Source of the DNA: an uncultured Bacilli bacterium
GTDB lineage: Bacteria > Bacillota_I > Bacilli_A > RFN20 > CAG-288
Assembly: GCA_944371605.1 (NCBI GenBank)
Contig: CALVXU010000024.1
Location: 4,382 to 68,381, forward strand
DNA: 64,000 bases
Direction: 5' to 3'
Shown here: positions 49,201-57,097 of the stretch, piece after piece
How the letters are laid out: each line of letters opens with the position of its first letter
Position numbering within the stretch: the first letter of the stretch is position 1
Program-made: the position numbers and the translations under genes
The notes under the pieces: generated by a model
Database searches by the model: none
Seen by the model: only the letters and a program-made list of their open reading frames with translations
What the model was told of the DNA's origin: nothing

Positions 49201-49348
49201 TTCTACAACTAATGTTCAATTTGCTACTGGTGAAACAGTCGATATTGTTGATTGTGATGTTAGTGATGCTACATTTTTCCGTATAGATCATATTGAAAGT
49301 GGTGCTTTCTACTTTGATTCTATTGTAATTAATTTTGTTGTTGCTTAA
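46217..49348 (+). CDS. Large lipoprotein with Big_2 domains, OB-fold-like domains, Pro-rich linker and an InlB-B-like repeat
   Basis: Lipobox MVGC; WSSSDNSIATVKDGVVTGLSAGEVTI; three G-x-V...D-G-x-x-I...G-D-x-V OB patterns; EPEPEPTPLPTP linker. Confidence 0.85.
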   Translation: MKKKFLLSLVGLLSLVGMVGCTETSSPTSSIVEPIELTSLSIANKEKLQERWLTTDDYRTIELTSNPAILPPQALQSGLLTVTSSDSTIIAVTGLTITPQKAGKATITVKYGDKSDSVEITVYDDITMIPTNDVIALSEADKTITFEISSTSNRNSLTDYEWSSSDNSIATVKDGVVTGLSAGEVTIKVIDKAFEGNVAEYNITVLADKEVITPIKEVDSNKIKAAFTVDGEVVAKTTKGFLLSDGEAAIYVYLNTAPTYAIGDHVKVRNVEYETGKFSSSTYNGLPQFTADAEVVLLSSEFDGTIPEAKDLDVSTANSFGGTITTASVQKYKWSTVTSELDDYTTINLDGSSMVMEPSYMPDEFKISPFGYYEVEAYFGGYSSSHGYAAMYITKVTQKDVTENLLSVSSTDVNVYVENSTDINIVGLVPDDSKDKVVVKSNDEKIATIAADEKEETVYTITGVAEGNTTITVTLGTVTKTINVTVSKKLDVTAIKDIVPPSDYNQTVGAKIRAVVVAADSYNSVIVDDGTGAIFIDNRNDGNQDGGIVDEMEVGKYYEITGEVNSNFGTPSYKSVTSVEKLSEKAPTTQTATELTAEAAAAFAAKGTYKTTDLKPYTFTGTGHVDGKYKQIQLGSTTIQLMNLPNSFKVEEGKSYKVSAYLYGYNSSYSYIQAIATSVVEDTTGGGEEPEPEPTPLPTPTETTIAELIAKDTTDNTNLYKVSGILEDKKNTDRYGNGYLTDPETGDSIKIYGSTTSAVEDVFSNVGGALDFENPETAVEELADINNGDYITMTVKYECYNGTDEIMGVITSHETSDRKYSVNIAPTENGSVTSDKEEYAYGETVSLAISPAENYRIGKVTVTNAWGGAVTTTIGENNTYTFAATAINNVTVTFESSTAQASNYVIKSIDLGLGAYPDEEQSKDLLVSGTTITFKYYNLGDYGNGIQSKQDGVLRNTTALPLAIDSIEFHYNSKQVSTKSGIAVTFGTEEISSKGSTTNVQFATGETVDIVDCDVSDATFFRIDHIESGAFYFDSIVINFVVA

Positions 49349-49370
49349 TTAATTCTGTTAAATTGATTAT

Positions 49371-49402
49371 GTGTCCTGCCGTAAAGGCAGGACACTTCTT
49401 TT
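49371..49402 (+). terminator. Strong intrinsic terminator ending the ABC/nuclease operon
   Basis: Perfect 10-bp stem GTGTCCTGCC / GGCAGGACAC followed by TTCTTTT. Confidence 0.9.
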
Positions 49403-49403
49403 C

Positions 49404-49432
49404 TTGACTAATCGGTGCGAAAATAAGATAAT
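49404..49432 (+). promoter_or_regulatory. tRNA promoter
   Basis: TTGACT-17 nt-GATAAT, 16 nt before the tRNA. Confidence 0.7.
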
Positions 49433-49448
49433 ATTTAAGCACCTTTTT

Positions 49449-49536
49449 GGAGTGATACTCAAGTTGGTGAAGAGGAGTCCCTGCTAAGGACTTAGGGGGA
49501 GCAATCCCCGCGAGAGTTCAAATCTCTCTCACTCCG
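49449..49536 (+). tRNA. tRNA-Ser(GCT), CCA not encoded
   Basis: Acceptor GGAGTGA/TCACTCC + G discriminator; anticodon arm AGTCC-CTGCTAA-GGACT; long variable arm GGGGA-GCAA-TCCCC; T arm GAGAG-TTCAAAT-CTCTC. Confidence 0.97.
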
Positions 49537-49552
49537 TATTTGACTGAAATAT

Positions 49553-49574
49553 GCCCTAATTCTAGGGCTTTTTT
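49553..49574 (+). terminator. Terminator after the tRNA
   Basis: GCCCTA / TAGGGC stem followed by T6. Confidence 0.75.
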
Positions 49575-49869
49575 ATTTTCTGTTTGAACTTTGTTTGCAC
49601 TTTTTATCAAGTTTTCTAAATTTAAGACTGCTGCATTTATATTATGTGGATACAAATGACTATGTAATTTAGTGATCAGTATTTTATAGATATATCAGTT
49701 GTATATATAGTAGTTTATTTCTCAGTTTAAAATGTTATTCTCTTTTATAAAAGTCCTAAACTCTCTTATTCATGACTATATCTATCAGAGGATTTTTATG
49801 CTCGATATAAAATTTATTTTATTTTATTAATTGTGTATAAGAATCGAATTTGGTTTTAAGGAGAACAGC

Positions 49870-50541
49870 TTATTTAAGCTCTAGTGGTATCATTTCAATA
49901 TTCGCGTCACCATTATTGCAGTTCACATGTAATATTTTTTCACCATTTTCCTTCTTTGATGGGAGGTTGGTGTTTCCTTTTTTAATATCACATTTTATTG
50001 AGTAATCATCATAGCTTCCTACAATTGTCCCATTTATATTTTCATTTTTTGTGGTTAATTCAATCTTGTTAGATCCATAAATATCAATCAACTCAATATC
50101 TCCATATATAGTATTTAGCATTATATAATTAGATATTGTCAGATTATCTGCATTAATGTTTTCATTAGTTGTGCTGATTTGTAACGAAGATATCGTAGAA
50201 GGAAGATATAGATTTATTATTCGATATTGACTATCACTTTGAATACCGATGAAATCATACCATTGCTTATCTATTCCGAGTGATATATCGATTATCGAAT
50301 CATTTTCAGTGATGTTTAAATATTCTTTATCACTGTCATAATATTCAATCATGAGTTTATCATCCATAGACTTTTTGATATTGACAGTTCGATTTTCAAC
50401 TGTCATTGTAAGTGATGTGAGGGAGCTACTACTAGTATAGGTTTGAGCATTAAATTCAGTATCTCCACAGCTTGTTAAGCCGAATAATGTTGAAGCTAAA
50501 ATTCCTAAACTAAATAATTTATTTAAAATATACTTATTCAT
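49870..50541 (-). CDS. DUF4097 (beta-strand repeat, putative adhesin-like) lipoprotein
   Basis: Lipobox LTSC; STTNENI / NTIYGDI / TTKNENI / NCNNGDA repeats; GGAGG SD. Confidence 0.85.
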   Translation of the reverse strand: MNKYILNKLFSLGILASTLFGLTSCGDTEFNAQTYTSSSSLTSLTMTVENRTVNIKKSMDDKLMIEYYDSDKEYLNITENDSIIDISLGIDKQWYDFIGIQSDSQYRIINLYLPSTISSLQISTTNENINADNLTISNYIMLNTIYGDIELIDIYGSNKIELTTKNENINGTIVGSYDDYSIKCDIKKGNTNLPSKKENGEKILHVNCNNGDANIEMIPLELK

Positions 50542-50567
50542 ACTTTATTTTTACCTCCTTTGGAATA

Positions 50568-50598
50568 ATGATAAAGATTTGTGTTACACAAAGGTCAA
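50568..50598 (-). promoter_or_regulatory. MerR-type promoter/operator of the DUF4097 gene
   Basis: Minus strand TTGACC-19 nt-TATCAT with dyad TTTGTGT-N-ACACAAA (50578-50592) inside the spacer. Confidence 0.85.
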
Positions 50599-50605
50599 TA
50601 AAAAG

Positions 50606-51383
50606 ATGAAAAAATTATATAGTATCAGTGAAGCGGCTAAAGAGACTGGATTCACAGCTGAAACCCTGCGCCACTATGATCGTATTTTGCTCGTAAAACC
50701 ATCATACGTTGGCAAAGAGAACTATTATAGATACTATTCTCAAACAGATATCGTTGTTTTAAAAGCTATTAAAACTCTTAAAACGTTAGATGTTAGTTTG
50801 GATAAAATAAGAACTCTACTAGCTTATAAAGATTTAAATCAGTTAATTGTTTCATTATCAAAATTAGATAAAGACATCGATGACAAAATCAGTGCGATGA
50901 AGGAAGCTAAAGTTCATCTGGAAAGAGCTAGGCATCATTATGAAAATATGTTAAAAGAAAAAAATAAGTGATGTTCCTAGTATCAAATATATTAAGAAAA
51001 GAATTGTTTTACTTTCTCATGATGGAGAACCTAGATTAGAAAATTTATATAGTTATTTTGATCAATTTTATGAAAAATTACCAAAGGAGCAAAGGGATGA
51101 ATTTGCCTTTGATGACAAGGCAGGACTATATATTCAAGAGCGTTCTTGTTCGCTTTTTGCGACATGTAAAAAATATGTCAACAATAAAAATTTAGTTCAC
51201 ATAAAAGGAGGAGATTTCCTCTGTGCAGCTTGTGAGCAAAATGAGATGAATGATACTATCGTAAAATTAAGACAAGAAATTTATGCTAAATATAGTATGA
51301 AACCTAAGTTTGTTTTAGCCATAGTTCATTTAACAGGAATACTAGCATGGAAATATGAGATACAGGTGCCGATATTTTATTGA
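50606..51383 (+). pseudogene. MerR-family regulator split by a frameshift in an A7 run
   Basis: YSISEAAK...TLRHYD...YYRYY HTH; removing one A at 50958-50964 joins a ~140-aa C-terminal domain (FAFDDKAG, GGDFLCAAC, WKYEIQVPIFY) ending TGA 51383. Confidence 0.8.
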
Positions 51384-51482
51384 TAAATCTATTTATATTA
51401 AAAACTATTTCCAAAATTTAAAAGAATGAAAAAAGTATCGCAAAAAGTGTGTTTGTCTAGTGACAAAATTTTAAATCATTAA

Positions 51483-51728
51483 ATAAATGTTGATCATCAA
51501 TTACAATTGGCTGGATTTTTTAAAGACCGATTATTTTATACTCAAGGAGATTATGGATTATTTCAATGCGCGACCACTTGTCACCATAAAACTTATGATA
51601 GTAAAGAAATGAATTCAAAAATGCATTCTATATCTCTATCAATAAATAATTCTTATGTTCCAGAAAAAATTAAGTCTAAGTCTTTTATGATTGCAGAGGA
51701 CTTAGCAAAAGTGATTGAAACTATGTGA
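51483..51728 (+). pseudogene. Relic of a class M sirtuin (SirTM)
   Basis: NVDHQLQLAGFFKDRLFYTQGDYGLFQCATTCHHKTYD core joined to a C-terminal SYVPEKIKSKSFMIAEDL segment; N-terminus and middle missing. Confidence 0.75.
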
Positions 51729-51841
51729 TTTTTTTGATTTATAAATGTTTCGAAATGATTAAAATAACAGACATTGATTTAAATGTTCCAACAATATGTT
51801 ATTTCTCTTATATAATATCTATACGATGGAGAGTGACTGTT

Positions 51842-52828
51842 ATGGATTTGAAACATATCTTACTTACTCTGACAAATATTCCGTTATCACTAAGTTATTT
51901 ACGTTATAAAAAAGTCAGTTCATATCGAAGATTAAATGAAGATGAAACAGATGTTAAAAAATTTATTAAGGCTAGTGAATACAAAGAAAAATATTGGCTT
52001 TCTATGTATAAATACCTTGATAAGCATTATTCATATATTTTTAATAAAAAATACCCAACGAGCTACAATACGCTATCCAATAGAAAAAACGTTTATGTTC
52101 TTTGGCTTCAAGGAGAAGATAAATTACCATTGGTATCACAGATTTGTTTAGAAAGATTAAAATTACTAAACCCTGATATTAATGTTATTATTTTAACTTT
52201 TGAAAACTTAAAGGAGCATAACATCAATATTCCAAATTATATTATAGAGAAATATTCAAAGGGATTGATTTCAGCGACATCCTTATCAGATTTGATCAGA
52301 CTTGATCTATTAGCGAATAATCAAGGGTTATATTTGGATTCTACAGTGTATTGTCTTTCCTCACTTCCTGATTGGTATTTTAAAGTACCATTCTTTTCTT
52401 TAAATTCACGTAATTTGTTTGAAACAGTCGGAAATATTATTCGGTTTGATAATTATGAGTTTGGTGAAGTATATGCTTTAGGTGGAACTTCCTCTCTGAT
52501 TTATTCGATGGCCAAAGATATTTATTTCGATTATTTGAAAAATCATGACGTTGTTCTATGCTATGAACTAACTTATTATATTTTCCGCTTTTTGTATTAT
52601 AAATATAAGCCTGTAAGAGAGATTATTAATCAATTGCCTAGCAATAATAAACATGCTGAATGTTTAGCGAATTATTTTAGTGATGGTGATCTCGAAAAGA
52701 AAACAACATTACAATTTGATAAAGATGATGTCTTTATTAAATTATCTAATAAATGGGAATATTCGACTAAATATGATAAAGCAACTTTAAGATGTCTACT
52801 TGAAGATTTAGTAAGAAAACATTCATAG
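51842..52828 (+). CDS. Capsular polysaccharide synthesis glycosyltransferase (Caps_synth/GT32-like)
   Basis: VLWLQGEDKLP, SDLIRLDLL, GLYLDST, KLSNK; start moved to ATG 51842 (GGAGA SD). Confidence 0.88.
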   Translation: MDLKHILLTLTNIPLSLSYLRYKKVSSYRRLNEDETDVKKFIKASEYKEKYWLSMYKYLDKHYSYIFNKKYPTSYNTLSNRKNVYVLWLQGEDKLPLVSQICLERLKLLNPDINVIILTFENLKEHNINIPNYIIEKYSKGLISATSLSDLIRLDLLANNQGLYLDSTVYCLSSLPDWYFKVPFFSLNSRNLFETVGNIIRFDNYEFGEVYALGGTSSLIYSMAKDIYFDYLKNHDVVLCYELTYYIFRFLYYKYKPVREIINQLPSNNKHAECLANYFSDGDLEKKTTLQFDKDDVFIKLSNKWEYSTKYDKATLRCLLEDLVRKHS

Positions 52829-52919
52829 TTATTTTCTTTTATAAATGAACTGAATATCGCTCTATTTAATAGCTTTAAAATAATAGCTTTTATATTGTTT
52901 TAAAAGTATAATTTAAGAG

Positions 52920-53360
52920 ATGAAACAATTATATGATATCAATTCTTTAGCCAGTGTATTATCTGTTCCACCATCTGATATTTTTAGAATAGAAATTTCA
53001 GAGGTGAATAGAGTTTTACCTGGGCAAATAGGAGACAGATATTACTGTGTTATTAAACCAGATCGTTTTATTTGTTATTATCTTAAAAAAGGTATCATCA
53101 ACAATCAGGTCAGTTTATTATTTAAAGATTTTCAAGAAGCAAAATTTTATTGTAAAAGAGGGAAATTATATTTCGAGAGTAATTTTAAAGGATATTTCTT
53201 TCCTTTCTATGCTAAAAGAACTTCTTGGAAGTCTAATGCTGGAAGATCATTTATAAATCATTTGAGCAAACATCTGAGTATAAGTAATTTTAAAGATTAT
53301 AAGTTATATACTGGGAAGGCTTTTTTTCTTTCTTATTTTAAACATATTTCTGGCAAATAA
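52920..53360 (+). CDS. Hypothetical basic protein
   Basis: 146-aa ORF, TATAAT 7 nt before ATG, 6 nt upstream of the flippase gene. Confidence 0.6.
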   Translation: MKQLYDINSLASVLSVPPSDIFRIEISEVNRVLPGQIGDRYYCVIKPDRFICYYLKKGIINNQVSLLFKDFQEAKFYCKRGKLYFESNFKGYFFPFYAKRTSWKSNAGRSFINHLSKHLSISNFKDYKLYTGKAFFLSYFKHISGK

Positions 53361-53366
53361 TCAAAT

Positions 53367-54881
53367 ATGAATACAACTACTAAAATAACAAAAAGACATT
53401 CATTTAAAACTAACGCTCTTTTCTCTATCATCTATCAAGTTGTAAAAATTATTGTGCCATTTATTACAGCACCATATATTTCCCGTGTACTTGGCAGTAT
53501 AAACGTTGGTACTTATTCTTATGCTAATTCTATATTCTATTTCTTTTCCATTGTAGCTGCTTTTGGATTCACTGATTATGGTAATCTAGCTATTTCACAG
53601 GTTAGAGAAGATCCAATGGCTAGGAGCAAGAAATTTTATGAGATTATGGTAGCTAAGGCTTTATTGACAACGTTAACTATCGTAGTTTATATTCCATTGA
53701 TCTTCTCTATTCCTGATTTATCAGCTTCTATTCTTTTATATTTAACAATAGGAAGTAGTTTAATCGGTACTATCTTAGATGCTAGCTTTATGCTTATGGG
53801 AGAAGAAGAATATGTTTCAATCGCTATTAGAGATATCATAGTAAGAGTAGTTTCTACTATTTTAATTTTTGTTTTGGTTAGAGATAATAGCCAAACTTCT
53901 TTGCTACTTTATGCAGGAATTCTTGCTTTAAGCACAATTTTATCTGCTATGATAGTTATTTGGCCCTGTAAGAAATACTTAGTTAAAGTCAATTATAAAG
54001 AATTAAATATTTTAGAAACATTTAAACAGGGTTTAATATTTTTTATTCCGACATTAGTTTCATCCATATATATGAATCTGAATAAAACTTTTATTGGACT
54101 TTTTGGCGGCGGAGAAATTGAAAATGCCAATTATGAACAAGCTACTAAAACTATAACGTTTGTTACTACTGCATTAGGCGCTATCAACTCTGTTATCACA
54201 TCAAGAATTGCTAATATATATGCCAAAGAAGGACTGCCAGGAGTAAAAAATAAAATTGAAGAAGTTGTGCATATGGTTTTTGTTTGCGCATTTCCTTGTT
54301 TAGCTGGAATTATTATTATCACTCCATATTTTGTTCCAGTTTTTTATGGTAGTGGTTATGATGGGGCTATTGATGTAATCTATGCTTTATCACTGAATAT
54401 TGTAACTATTCCTCTAGCATGGTTATTATTAGCGGCCTATTTTATTCCCACTAATAAACGTGGCAAAGCGAACTGGATTAATTTGATAGCGGCTATTGTT
54501 AATTTGATTCTTTGTTTAAGTTTACTACCGACTCTTAAAGCTGTTGGAGCAGGTATAGCTTATGCTGCCGCTGAATTAGTTCAAATGGTTTTATTTATTA
54601 TCGCATCTAGAAAAGATATTGATTGGAAGAAAATGTTTAAAAAATATTTCGTTAAACCCTTTGATGCCACTTTGATTATGTCAGTTATGCTAATTCTTTT
54701 TTTAACTATGGCTAAGGGATTAAGTGATACTATTTTAGTTTTCTTGATTGTTCTAATCGGTGCAGTAGTTTATATCGGATGTATGTTTTTATTTAGAGAA
54801 GAGCTTGTTATAAAATATAGTAAATTCTTCTTTGGTAAATTGAAGGGTTTAGTGAAGAAATTTAGAAAGAAAAAAATATGA
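53367..54881 (+). CDS. wzx: Polysaccharide flippase (Wzx-type)
   Basis: YQVVKIIVPFITAPYISRVLG, ~12-14 TMs, LKAVGAGIA. Confidence 0.93.
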   Translation: MNTTTKITKRHSFKTNALFSIIYQVVKIIVPFITAPYISRVLGSINVGTYSYANSIFYFFSIVAAFGFTDYGNLAISQVREDPMARSKKFYEIMVAKALLTTLTIVVYIPLIFSIPDLSASILLYLTIGSSLIGTILDASFMLMGEEEYVSIAIRDIIVRVVSTILIFVLVRDNSQTSLLLYAGILALSTILSAMIVIWPCKKYLVKVNYKELNILETFKQGLIFFIPTLVSSIYMNLNKTFIGLFGGGEIENANYEQATKTITFVTTALGAINSVITSRIANIYAKEGLPGVKNKIEEVVHMVFVCAFPCLAGIIIITPYFVPVFYGSGYDGAIDVIYALSLNIVTIPLAWLLLAAYFIPTNKRGKANWINLIAAIVNLILCLSLLPTLKAVGAGIAYAAAELVQMVLFIIASRKDIDWKKMFKKYFVKPFDATLIMSVMLILFLTMAKGLSDTILVFLIVLIGAVVYIGCMFLFREELVIKYSKFFFGKLKGLVKKFRKKKI

Positions 54882-57094
54882 GGGCTTGTATATTAACTAT
54901 TACTGATTACAATGTTGGTAATCGTTTACAAAATCTAGCTGTACAAGAATATTTAAAAAGTCAAGGAATTGAAGAGGTTTATACTTTAACTCCTTTAGCG
55001 TTTGATTTCAGAGAAAAACAATTACCAACTCTTTTTCAGACGTTATCAAATAAAATAAAATCTTTTCATAATAAAAGGCTCGGTTTTCGGCGTGCTGTAA
55101 AAAAGAAAGATAATGAAAATATCAGCGCTTATGATGAATTTAATAAACATATTAATTTTTATACATATAAATACAATAGCCATTCGAGTCTTTATTTTTT
55201 GAATGACTTATTTGATATCTTTATAACTGGATCTGATCAAGTCTTTAATCCTGATTTTTTTTCGGATGATTTAACTAATTTGATGTTAGGCTTTGTTAAT
55301 GAAAGCAAAGTGAAAATAGCAATGTCTCCATCAATTGCTATTGATAACTTGAATGATGACTTTAAATGTAGTGTAAAAAAATATTTGCCTAGTTTTGATG
55401 GTTTGTCATGTAGGGAAACACAAGGTAGTAAATTGATAGAGCAAGTGACTGGTAAGAAATGTCAAACTTTAATTGATCCGACTTTTATGTTTGATGCTAA
55501 TTTTTATAAAACTCTTGAAAAGAAACCAGATAATATTCCAGATAAACCATATATTTTTGTTTATTCTCTTGGTCAAGATAACAGAAAAATATATAAGAAA
55601 ATTGAAAAAATCGCCCAAAAAGAAAATTTAGCTGTTGTAGAATTACAAAGTAATTATGGTCCTAGTCAATTTTTGTATGCTATCTCTCACGCGCAAATAG
55701 TCATTACTAATTCTTTTCATGGTTGCGTTTTTTCTTTTATATATCATCGGCCACTTTATATTTTTAAAAGGATTGATTCGTCAAATATGTTTTCAAGAAT
55801 CGAAACATTGTTTGAAACACTCAATTTAGACTATCGTGATTATTTGGTAGATAATAAAAATTTATTTCAATACTTATCACACTCAAATTTTTTTGATGCT
55901 ATTGATAAACGTAGGGATGCTTTGAAGAAAAAATATGATCAATATTTTTCTGAATCTTTAGAAAAAGGATTAGAAAGAATTAAACACGTAAACTTTGATA
56001 ATCATTCATTTAATAATCCGCTAGTTATTCGGCATAAAGAAGAGTGCTGTGGATGTTTTGGATGTGTTCAAGCCTGTCCAGTTTCAGCTATCTCTATGAT
56101 AAAAAATAGTGATGGATTTTCTTATCCACAAGTCAATTTAGAAGTATGTATTCATTGTGGTAAATGCAAACAAGTTTGTCCTATGTATCACCCACTTACG
56201 CAAGTAAAGCCATTAAATATTGGTTATTTAGCATACTCAAAATCAGAAGAGGTTCTTAAACATTCTTCATCAGGTGGCTTGTTTTATGAAATGGCTTTAG
56301 AAGTGTTAAATAAAGGCGGATATGTATGTGGATGTGTTTCGGATAATAATGGATTAGATGCAAAACATATCATTACAAATAAAAAAAATGAAGTGGAGAA
56401 AATGTGCTTTTCTAAATACATTCAAAGTGATATCAATGATTGTTACAATCAAATCAAAGATTTATTGAAACAAAATAAATTGGTACTTTTTTCTGGGACG
56501 CCTTGTCAATGTGTTGCTTTGCAACGGGTGTTGAATGATAAACCACATAATTTGATAATTGTAGATCTATTTTGTCATGGTGTAGCCTCTAAAACAGAAC
56601 TTGATAGGTTAAATAAAAAAGGTATATCATCTATTCAATTTCGTCATAAAGAAAAAAATTGGCAGAATGTATCTAACATGAAAATAAACGGAAAATTAAC
56701 AAAGCGTTCCGACTTTTTAGATTTATTTCATGGCGATGTGATTATGATGGATGCTTGTAGTTATTGTGCGATAAAAGGGACGAAAAGAGTATCTGATATT
56801 ACGATTGGTGATTTTTGGAATATCGAAGAAGTTTTGCATATACCATCCGATAAAGGAAAGTCTCTTGCTATAGTGAATACGATAGCTGGACAAGAGTTAT
56901 TAAATCACTTAGTTGGAAGAGTCTGTTTTCAAAAATTATCTGACCAAGAATTAGAAACAGCATTAAAATTCAATCCTAATTATAATGTGGCTATTTCTGG
57001 TATTAATATATATGACTATGATATTTCCTTCAGTAAAACTTATAGAAAAAGATTTTTGCTTAGAAAGCGTATCAAAAGATTATTGCGGAGATGA
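54878..57094 (+). CDS. Fusion: polysaccharide pyruvyl transferase + 2x[4Fe-4S] + FrhB/FdhB-like domain
   Basis: NVGNRLQ, TGSDQVFNP, LSCRE, IDPT, TNSFHG; CCGCFGCVQACP, CIHCGKCKQVCP; SSSGG, SKYIQS, GTPCQ, CHGV, SDITIGDFW. Confidence 0.9.
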   Translation: MRACILTITDYNVGNRLQNLAVQEYLKSQGIEEVYTLTPLAFDFREKQLPTLFQTLSNKIKSFHNKRLGFRRAVKKKDNENISAYDEFNKHINFYTYKYNSHSSLYFLNDLFDIFITGSDQVFNPDFFSDDLTNLMLGFVNESKVKIAMSPSIAIDNLNDDFKCSVKKYLPSFDGLSCRETQGSKLIEQVTGKKCQTLIDPTFMFDANFYKTLEKKPDNIPDKPYIFVYSLGQDNRKIYKKIEKIAQKENLAVVELQSNYGPSQFLYAISHAQIVITNSFHGCVFSFIYHRPLYIFKRIDSSNMFSRIETLFETLNLDYRDYLVDNKNLFQYLSHSNFFDAIDKRRDALKKKYDQYFSESLEKGLERIKHVNFDNHSFNNPLVIRHKEECCGCFGCVQACPVSAISMIKNSDGFSYPQVNLEVCIHCGKCKQVCPMYHPLTQVKPLNIGYLAYSKSEEVLKHSSSGGLFYEMALEVLNKGGYVCGCVSDNNGLDAKHIITNKKNEVEKMCFSKYIQSDINDCYNQIKDLLKQNKLVLFSGTPCQCVALQRVLNDKPHNLIIVDLFCHGVASKTELDRLNKKGISSIQFRHKEKNWQNVSNMKINGKLTKRSDFLDLFHGDVIMMDACSYCAIKGTKRVSDITIGDFWNIEEVLHIPSDKGKSLAIVNTIAGQELLNHLVGRVCFQKLSDQELETALKFNPNYNVAISGINIYDYDISFSKTYRKRFLLRKRIKRLLRR

Positions 57095-57097
57095 AAT

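Noticed and set aside
51725-51841. N-terminal 39 codons of the 367-aa ORF as coding
   Set aside because: Contains a promoter-like TATAAT and a GGAGA SD before ATG 51842, the more plausible start
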